DNA from: a virus
Direction: 5' to 3' (one strand)
DNA: 64,000 nt
IMG/VR virus record: IMGVR_UViG_3300050120_000158
Coordinates: 30,477 to 94,476 of that record
The notes under the pieces are model-generated. The model saw nothing but the letters and a program-made list of their open reading frames with translations. It made no database searches and was not told the DNA's origin. The translations under genes were made by a program, and so were the position numbers. This document shows, piece after piece, positions 57,742 to 64,000 of this stretch; positions within the stretch are counted from its first letter, which is position 1, and each line of letters begins with the position of its first letter.

Positions 57742-58189
57742 TAATAATACGTCGTATTTGTCTAGCCTTAACCGGGAACATCTTAGCTAGCTCAACTGAG
57801 TTAAGACCGGTCGCCGCCAACTCACGCATTCTAGCGACTTCTGCATCACTAAGTACAGCATTATGATGGGCTTCGCCGGGGTGAGCACCAACAAACCGTG
57901 ATGCACGGCCTTTGGCTTCCATGTCTCGCATATTATCTAAATGCGTACCGTCGAATAGGTGCGCTAGGTCACAACAGGGCGGATGGTCGCACGAATGCAG
58001 AATATCGATCCCGTCAGGGATTGGTCCCTTAGCTTCCGCCCAGACAACCCTATGTACAAGGTAGTTTTTGCCAGCAATCTGCATACGGCCATAGCCGCCA
58101 ACGTTATCCCCTTTCCAATAGAGACAGCCGTTGATAGCTCTGTACGTGTTCTTTCTAATTCTTTCGGAAATTGTCATCTTGCGGGTCAT
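57719..58189 (-). CDS. HNH endonuclease
   Basis: CLYW.G..GYG, VHRVVW, ILHSCDHPPCC..HL..GT..DN..D. Confidence 0.88.
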   Translation of the reverse strand: MTRKMTISERIRKNTYRAINGCLYWKGDNVGGYGRMQIAGKNYLVHRVVWAEAKGPIPDGIDILHSCDHPPCCDLAHLFDGTHLDNMRDMEAKGRASRFVGAHPGEAHHNAVLSDAEVARMRELAATGLNSVELAKMFPVKARQIRRIINGSSRRA

Positions 58190-58228
58190 GCGGCCATTAT
58201 AGCATGGTGCATACCCGGCGACAATCGT

Positions 58229-58603
58229 TTAGATCATGGGATACAAGACGACTTTTTTTTGCAGGAACATGCAACGCGACATGATCGGGACCATGGCCGC
58301 GAAAGTTCCGTCCCAAAACATGACAACGCCGTCCGCGTCGGCGATCATAGCTATGTTTCGGTTGTCGAATGCTTGGGCGGTGGTGATCGAAACACCGGAC
58401 TCGCCTTGGTAGTTCGGAGGGGTACGCACAATCTCAATGCTGCTATCGCGGGCATATTCTTCCGCTAGGGCTTCTATGCCCCTACCACCGCCTGAGATAA
58501 GCACGTCAAGGTCGGGTATGGCCCCGAGACAACCCGCGACATGCGTTTTGTTATCGTAGACCTTAAACCGATATTCGCGAGGCCCGAAAACAGCATAGCG
58601 CAT
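58229..58603 (-). CDS. SLOG-family (DUF2493/YspA-like) protein
   Basis: GPR, ISGGGRGIEALA, RNIAM, FWDG. Confidence 0.7.
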   Translation of the reverse strand: MRYAVFGPREYRFKVYDNKTHVAGCLGAIPDLDVLISGGGRGIEALAEEYARDSSIEIVRTPPNYQGESGVSITTAQAFDNRNIAMIADADGVVMFWDGTFAAMVPIMSRCMFLQKKVVLYPMI

Positions 58604-58681
58604 TCACCCAGCCCTTGTAAGGGATGCTTCTTATGTCCCTTATAGCCGAGATTTGCAGGTTCCTGCAATCGTTGTAGATTT

Positions 58682-59224
58682 TTAGTCTTTGTTTGGTTCA
58701 ACGTCGATGATCGGACCTTCGGAAAAGTCCGAGGCGCTGTCTCTGAACTTCGGGTCAAAGATTTGCCGGGTCTTGAACGTTTCGGTAGACCGAGGAACCG
58801 CCGCGTAGTGCGTCACAGTATGGACCGGATGCGTCCCCGGCGCTGCTCTAGCGCCCGGCGCTTCGTTGGTCACCCTTGAAACAGCGGAGTACTCGCCGAA
58901 GTCGTTGACAAAAATCGTTGTGACGATTTCAACGCGATCCCGGGCAAAGCTTGTCTCGTTCTCTAGGACCGCCCGGTAAGGGTTAATAACCCGGTTACCC
59001 TTCTGCATCGGAACTTGGATGACAAGCCCCTCGGCTTTGAGACGCTGGATCGCCGCGTTGATGCTTTGGCGGTTGCCCTTGAGGACGCTATGGACTTGGG
59101 CGATGGTTTGGTCCGGGTTCATCTTGAGGTGGCGATACACGTCGCCGGTAAGTGACCCTGTTTTCAGGAGCGGATGTCGGCCTCGACCGCGACGGCGGTT
59201 CTCAAGATGGGTCGGCTCTGACAT
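58682..59224 (-). CDS. winged-HTH DNA-binding protein
   Basis: TIAQV...L...RQSINAAIQRLKAEGLV. Confidence 0.65.
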   Translation of the reverse strand: MSEPTHLENRRRGRGRHPLLKTGSLTGDVYRHLKMNPDQTIAQVHSVLKGNRQSINAAIQRLKAEGLVIQVPMQKGNRVINPYRAVLENETSFARDRVEIVTTIFVNDFGEYSAVSRVTNEAPGARAAPGTHPVHTVTHYAAVPRSTETFKTRQIFDPKFRDSASDFSEGPIIDVEPNKD

Positions 59225-59441
59225 AATCTGATCCTAGCTCGTCTTGTAAATAGGCTTCGATCCGGTCGAACTGCGCTTCTTGCCCGTCGGATACGAACGT
59301 ATGCCGTTTGTATTTATCGAATTTGGTGTGGTAGTCCAGCAGAAATTGCCGGTCAAAGTCCGTAAGAAAATCCATATTCGTAAGCCCGTTAAGGATTACA
59401 GAACGGAGCCGGTCGAACTCGCTTGTCGGTATCATACCCAT
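59202..59441 (-). CDS. hypothetical protein
   Basis: LTDFDRQF..VSDGQ; start placed at the ATG just after the palindrome. Confidence 0.6.
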   Translation of the reverse strand: MGMIPTSEFDRLRSVILNGLTNMDFLTDFDRQFLLDYHTKFDKYKRHTFVSDGQEAQFDRIEAYLQDELGSDYVRADPS

Positions 59442-59456
59442 TGCAGGTTCCTGCAA

Positions 59457-59490
59457 GAAAAAGACCTGCCAGCGTATGAGGCTGGCAGGC
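59457..59490 (-). terminator. terminator-like hairpin
   Basis: CCTGCCAGC-N7-GCTGGCAGG followed by TCTTTTT on minus strand. Confidence 0.55.
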
Positions 59491-59905
59491 TAAGGTTTCT
59501 CTCGAAAACCGCCAACTCAAGGAGCCGGAAGCTTTCAAGCATTAGAGTATCGCGGATTTTTGGCTATGTCAAGCCGTTTGTCTTTGCTCAAGTGAAGGAT
59601 AGACTTCGAAGCCCATAAGGGAAATATGCTGTTTCCCCCGGGAGGTGATGACCAAGTGGCCCGTATCAATATCCATCTTGATAAGGCGTTCGAACTTGAG
59701 CAACATAAGGGCTTCCGTTTCTGGAACGCCCTTCCGTTTGGGCTGTTCTCCGTTGTGCAATTCAACCAGCGCACGAGTTGCTCTTGCCCTTATTGTATGT
59801 GGCGGGTTCTTGTAGTTCATAGTGATGCGCCCCTGTGGATAACTTTTTGTCCCATACCGTATTGTACCGCCCCGAACTCGCTGTTTCAATGAAGGATTGA
59901 ACGAT

Positions 59906-59931
59906 GGAACCTAATCAACTACTATCGCGTT
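59906..59931 (+). promoter_or_regulatory. EcfG/sigmaT-type promoter
   Basis: GGAAC-N17-CGTT, 35 nt upstream of ATG 59966. Confidence 0.7.
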
Positions 59932-59965
59932 GTTCTTAATCATAACCCCGAAGGAAGACTTGACC

Positions 59966-60547
59966 ATGCCAATCGCACCCCGCACCGACGCCGCTGGCGT
60001 CATCGATCAGGCCGCTGTTACCGTGGAAACGGACGTGAAATCAGAGGAAGCGAAGATCGCCGACGACCTGACAAACGAACTCAAGTCAATCGAAGGCGAA
60101 GCTATCAAACTTGAGGGCGACGTGAAGGCTACTGTTGATCCTGCCGTGGGTGCCGACGCGGTGGTGACGATACCGCCTGCGAACGAGTTCCCGCAGGCTG
60201 TAGAACCCGCCGCGCCCCCCGTAGCGGCCCCCGCACCGGTCCCCGTGATGGCATCGACCGGCAACGCTAACGAGAATGCGCTGTTGAAGGATATCGTGCT
60301 TGCGGACTTGCCGACGATCGCGGAAGCTCAGGCGGTTGCCGGTCTCAAGGAAGGCGATCTGTTTATCGCCGCGTTCTTGATCACGCCGGGCAGTGATGGG
60401 GCATGGCATGCTTCGCAGATCATCGGTGATTTGCTGAGTGGCAGGGCGATCAAGCATGGTCTGTCGCAGGCATACTGGCAGTACCACTACAAGAACCGTC
60501 CGCCGATTGCCCAGAAGAAGGGTACGAGCTACACGCTTCTCGACTGA
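59966..60547 (+). CDS. acidic accessory (moron-like) protein on the opposite strand
   Basis: AAGGAAG RBS; own promoter and terminator. Confidence 0.75.
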   Translation: MPIAPRTDAAGVIDQAAVTVETDVKSEEAKIADDLTNELKSIEGEAIKLEGDVKATVDPAVGADAVVTIPPANEFPQAVEPAAPPVAAPAPVPVMASTGNANENALLKDIVLADLPTIAEAQAVAGLKEGDLFIAAFLITPGSDGAWHASQIIGDLLSGRAIKHGLSQAYWQYHYKNRPPIAQKKGTSYTLLD

Positions 60548-60572
60548 GTTGCAGGTTCCTGCACGCAAGCGA

Positions 60573-60605
60573 AAGCCCCGGTTATTAACCGGGGCTTATT
60601 CTTTT
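60573..60605. terminator. bidirectional terminator
   Basis: AAGCCCCGGTT-att-AACCGGGGCTT between convergent genes. Confidence 0.8.
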
Positions 60606-60606
60606 G

Positions 60607-60918
60607 TCAGATATCGTTCGGACGAAGTGAAATGGGCGCGCAAGTTGTTCCGGTTGCGTACAGCCGTCGAACCAAGAAGGGGCAAACCCAGCCCGCGAGA
60701 ATGCCCGTAAACGTAACTGGTGCGGCGTCGTCGTTGGTAGCGGGAAGGACCGTGAGATTGCCGCCAGTGGTTGCCATGATCTTCGCGTAGGTGGTCAGAT
60801 CATTGGCGTCGTCAGGGGCATGCCCCGGGGTCGCGATGGGGATTGATCCAGAGTACATGCCGCCGTAGCTGTTCTGCGACGAATAGGGGTTATTGACCGA
60901 ACTGAAACTTGATGCCAT
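60607..60918 (-). CDS. head-spike base protein, RcGTA Rcc01079-like
   Basis: PDDANDL..GGNLTV..VTFTGILAG..P..VRRLYATGTT. Confidence 0.6.
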   Translation of the reverse strand: MASSFSSVNNPYSSQNSYGGMYSGSIPIATPGHAPDDANDLTTYAKIMATTGGNLTVLPATNDDAAPVTFTGILAGWVCPFLVRRLYATGTTCAPISLRPNDI

Positions 60919-60968
60919 TGGGCGCTCCGGGGTTGTGAAGCGGCCAATGTATCATTTCGGCTACCCGG

Positions 60969-61193
60969 CTACAAGCGAGGACGCGGTGGCTTTGGGATTT
61001 CTTCCAATACCCAGCCGCGCTGCGATGCAATTTCGCGGACCTTATCGTAGCGCTGGTCTATGAATGAGTGGAGTTGCGGGTCGGCTTTCGCAATCCTCTC
61101 ATGAGTAACTTGAAGTTTTGCCGAAAACTGCGGCGTCGTAATTGTGTGCGTCCACCGAATAGGAACCGAAACTTCGCGCCGCGCTATTGCCAT
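60969..61193 (-). CDS. hypothetical protein
   Basis: GGAG RBS; ATG 61193. Confidence 0.55.
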   Translation of the reverse strand: MAIARREVSVPIRWTHTITTPQFSAKLQVTHERIAKADPQLHSFIDQRYDKVREIASQRGWVLEEIPKPPRPRL

Positions 61194-61206
61194 TATATGG
61201 CTCCGA

Positions 61207-61704
61207 TTATTTTGTTTTTCGCTTTGCAGGTTCCTGCAAGTGTTTATCTGGCTTGCCGCGATGCTGCCAAACACCTTTGACGCGCACGCGGGTATAGAAA
61301 TGATGTGACCGGGCGGCTTTCTTATTCTTGATTTGTTTGAAGCCGCCCGTTGTCTCTGGAAAGAGCGCCGGGATTGCGACGCCTTCATCGAACTCAGCCC
61401 AATCCTGCGCTATTATCTGCGTCGGTGACAGGTCGGCTTTCGCCGAAGCCATCAACGGCAAGCCGCTCAGCAACATACCTGCCATTGCCGCGCGAAATGA
61501 TTTGGAGACGCCTAGCGACGTGGTGGGGGTACATTGTGTTCGTGATATCACGAGCCGACAAGAGCGCGAGCAAGAAAGCAATTTCTTCGTCGCGGTCCCG
61601 GTTGAAGTTGCGAAAATGAGCAAGGTGCCTCTCAAGCTCTGCCACACGGGCAAGTGCCCCGCGCTGTTCGGTAGTCGCTGGCTGGGTGAATGCACCATGT
61701 TCAT
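61207..61704 (-). CDS. hypothetical coding region; frame ambiguous with 61394-61780
   Basis: Two overlapping minus-strand ORFs. Confidence 0.35.
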   Translation of the reverse strand: MNMVHSPSQRLPNSAGHLPVWQSLRGTLLIFATSTGTATKKLLSCSRSCRLVISRTQCTPTTSLGVSKSFRAAMAGMLLSGLPLMASAKADLSPTQIIAQDWAEFDEGVAIPALFPETTGGFKQIKNKKAARSHHFYTRVRVKGVWQHRGKPDKHLQEPAKRKTK

Positions 61705-62258
61705 GATGTGATTGTCTTGTACGTTTCGTACTGCGCCTTTTTGACGCCGTAGCGTTCTTCATGCGAGATGGTTTGCGCATTAATAGTATCCTCCACTTTT
61801 AGACGTTCAACGAGACGAGGCATGGTGACGAGATACTTGCTCCATGCCGGGTGTTCTACAAAGAAGGCGGTGCAGTAATTGAGCCCTTCGCGGAAGCGTC
61901 GTACAACGCGATGGTTACCGTCGATAAGGACGTGTTCGCCTTGAGGGAATTGCGCTACAAGGATCGGTCTGCGGCAGATGTTATAGGTGAGCCGATCTAC
62001 CCGTGGTTCTTCGACGCCGTTGTCATTGACTATCCGCAAATAGTCGGACCCGGTGAAAGGAACCACGAACACGCTGTAGTTCACCTTACCGGCCAGAATA
62101 TCACGGTATAGGTCGGTTGCGTTGAAGTGACGTATCTCCCGCTCTAGGTGATCGACGTGCGTGAAGATTTCGTGGTACTTGGTAGCCTCGTATCCCGGGC
62201 TACGGAACCAAGCAGCGGCTTCGGCTTCTTCCTCGGGAGTAAATTTGATCTTGGGCAT
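61701..62258 (-). CDS. second ParB/Srx-like N-terminal domain protein
   Basis: RPILV...VLIDGNHRV. Confidence 0.6.
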   Translation of the reverse strand: MPKIKFTPEEEAEAAAWFRSPGYEATKYHEIFTHVDHLEREIRHFNATDLYRDILAGKVNYSVFVVPFTGSDYLRIVNDNGVEEPRVDRLTYNICRRPILVAQFPQGEHVLIDGNHRVVRRFREGLNYCTAFFVEHPAWSKYLVTMPRLVERLKVEDTINAQTISHEERYGVKKAQYETYKTITS

Positions 62259-62344
62259 CCGTAATTCCGTTAGTGTTCGTTTGTGTCGCGCTTAGCTTAG
62301 CCCGAAAAACTCCGCGACGCCTTAGGAAAGTCCTTGTCTTTGCC

Positions 62345-62557
62345 TTATGCGGGCGGCGGCGTTATGTTCGTCAACTCTATTTTCAACGAAACCCAGTTCC
62401 GGTCTTGGTTGTCGTAGGCCGAGTTCACGTCGAGGATCAAATTGGCCAGCGCAACGCTAGGCTGCGAGTCTTGGCGGCTCATTGATATGATCGCTTGTCC
62501 TTTATCGTCAAGCAAAGCTGCCGTTGCCATGACGATACTGTTGAAATCCCCTCGCAC
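62345..62557 (-). CDS. hypothetical protein
   Basis: ORF chain. Confidence 0.5.
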   Translation of the reverse strand: MRGDFNSIVMATAALLDDKGQAIISMSRQDSQPSVALANLILDVNSAYDNQDRNWVSLKIELTNITPPPA

Positions 62558-62560
62558 AGA

Positions 62561-62902
62561 CTAACCCCTTTTCTTCGTTTTGGTGGTAACGCTCTTGGAA
62601 GTTCCTTTGAACATCGCCTTGATATCCTTGAGTGTATCGGAAACCTCAAACACAACGGTCGGGGTATACACGCGCCGCTTATTCTCCCCTTCCTTGCCCC
62701 TACCGTAGGCGACGATAACGTCCCGCCTAATGTGGAACGAGTATTCCGGGTTAGTCCCTTCGATGAACTCAAGGAATTCATGATCCTCTGGCATAACTAT
62801 CCCCCATATTAGATGCTGATAACAAAATCGATGAAGCCCGCGAACGCGATACCCATTATAAATGTAGCAGCGGTAGCGTCCCTGCCGGGAGTGATCCAAC
62901 AA
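62561..62902 (-). CDS. hypothetical protein (probable start MPEDHEF)
   Basis: ORF chain. Confidence 0.5.
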   Translation of the reverse strand: MLDHSRQGRYRCYIYNGYRVRGLHRFCYQHLIWGIVMPEDHEFLEFIEGTNPEYSFHIRRDVIVAYGRGKEGENKRRVYTPTVVFEVSDTLKDIKAMFKGTSKSVTTKTKKRG

Positions 62903-63009
62903 AAGAAGCTAAGCAGTGCTGCAAAGGCGATAAAAAGCATCGCGTTTTTGATTGCTAGCTTAAGCATGGGTTGCAGGTTCCTGCATGGGTGATAGCCGAT
63001 TATTTGCAT
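62809..63009 (-). CDS. small membrane protein (probable start MLKLAIK)
   Basis: Two hydrophobic segments. Confidence 0.45.
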   Translation of the reverse strand: MQIIGYHPCRNLQPMLKLAIKNAMLFIAFAALLSFFCWITPGRDATAATFIMGIAFAGFIDFVISI

Positions 63010-63213
63010 TGTAGTCTAACCCTACGCTGGCGGCAAGGCGTTAGCCGCCCTGAATGAACTTAAGAAAGTCCGCTACGGTAACCTCGTTAAATGAGTTTGG
63101 AAGCTGGTGAACTTCGCGGCAGAGCGCGCATAGCATTATCTGCACGGGCTTAGGCTTGTTGCCGACTAGGACAACCGTAACAGCCTCGCTCGGGCAGTCG
63201 TCGCACCGTATCT

Positions 63214-63471
63214 TCATTTCTTCCTCGATCCATTGGCGAACTTGGTGCCATGGACCTTAACCCATTCCGCGTCGGACTTCCAGAACGTGCCCGACTCGTT
63301 AACAACAGACGTGATTTCGCTGCTAGCCTCTAGGCCGAGAAGGATCGGCCTAAGCGTGGCTTGATCAATGGCCGTGATGGCTCCGAGGGCGACGGCATCT
63401 ATCGCCATGTCACTGCTTATATGCAGCGTGTACAAAAGTTGTTTAACCCGTTGTGCTGGCATGAGAGCCAT
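63214..63471 (-). CDS. hypothetical protein
   Basis: GGAG RBS. Confidence 0.55.
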   Translation of the reverse strand: MALMPAQRVKQLLYTLHISSDMAIDAVALGAITAIDQATLRPILLGLEASSEITSVVNESGTFWKSDAEWVKVHGTKFANGSRKK

Positions 63472-63620
63472 GTTGCTGCTCCTTCTCTGCCCGCATTCGG
63501 GCGCGTTGCTTGGCTTGACTGCGTTCTTGGTTAAGATCGCAGCACGATTGGCACTTGCGCTTATAGTTCCGGCCCGTGCGCTCTTGGTCGAATAGCCGGT
63601 CGCACTGCTGGCAACGGAAC

Positions 63621-63872
63621 CTAAGTATCATCCGTAACCCCAAGCTTTATAAGGTCGGAAAGGAGTTCTGCGATATCCGCTTTAAGCTGCGCTTGTATGA
63701 TCGAGACAAGCACGGGGTTTTCATCAAGCGGATAGCTCGCGAAGTGGTCACCGAGGGTTACCCGTATGGGCTTATCCTTTGAACGCGCATGCAGGGCCCT
63801 GAGTTGGTCCTTCCGCAACACTAAGGAGTGAAGCAGCTTCGAGACGTTATCGACATCGCTAACCTTCATCAT
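63621..63872 (-). CDS. hypothetical protein
   Basis: ORF track. Confidence 0.5.
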   Translation of the reverse strand: MMKVSDVDNVSKLLHSLVLRKDQLRALHARSKDKPIRVTLGDHFASYPLDENPVLVSIIQAQLKADIAELLSDLIKLGVTDDT

Positions 63873-64000
63873 CGCTATTCCCCATTGTGCCGGGTATGAG
63901 CCAAGCGGAAGCGCTAGGACTATTCCACACCGGACTGAGTTTAGTTGGGTACGTCCCGCGACAAAGCGTGCAATACACTTCGCCGTCGATGACGTAATAA

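Larger units (their letters stand above)
1148..62985. repeat. dispersed 14-bp interrupted palindrome family TGCAGG(TT|AA)CCTGCA, 29 exact copies
   Basis: Core starts with TT centre: 1148, 3778, 4392, 8233, 12174, 14461, 16411, 17829, 23670, 26337, 32384, 42262, 49934, 52150, 58654, 59442, 60550, 61225, 62972. With AA centre: 10103, 19711, 22223, 34724, 40255, 43791, 46095, 47596, 54043, 55683. Near-matches at 5592, 7088, 38339 and 58260. Counted by eye. Confidence 0.97.

Noticed and set aside
1148-62985. Palindrome family as CRISPR repeats, REP elements, IS ends or terminators
   Set aside because: Copies are 14-16 bp and kilobases apart, with no spacers, cas or transposase genes, no clustering and no U-tract; a 2-nt centre makes a poor RNA hairpin

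Overview
The window is a 64-kb part of the genome of a temperate siphovirus, probably infecting an alphaproteobacterium. Almost all genes are on the minus strand. Left to right: stress-type accessory genes; a family A DNA polymerase with an N-terminal UDG-like domain; a DnaB helicase and replication module; an intact attP matching a tRNA-Ser 3' end, with a tyrosine integrase; a DUF2997/DUF1257/Ycf46-AAA module; a lysis cassette; tail fibres; a lambda-like tail tip (J, I, K, L, M); tape measure, chaperones and tail tube; neck, capsid, scaffold, protease and portal; terminase; a ParB-like gene; a glycosyltransferase; and small early genes. Six HNH endonuclease genes are scattered through it. The most striking unexplained feature is an interrupted palindrome, TGCAGG(TT/AA)CCTGCA. 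I counted 29 exact copies by eye, spaced about every 2 kb across the whole window, at gene junctions or in protein tails and linkers. This looks like a genome-wide binding-site array; phage ParB-like, RHH and wHTH proteins are candidate readers. Other findings are two EcfG/sigmaT-type promoters driving accessory genes, two sigma54-consensus boxes flanking the integrase cassette, a second operator-like motif, and a recurrent basic terminal peptide in many unrelated proteins. All family assignments come from motif recognition by eye, not from database searches.
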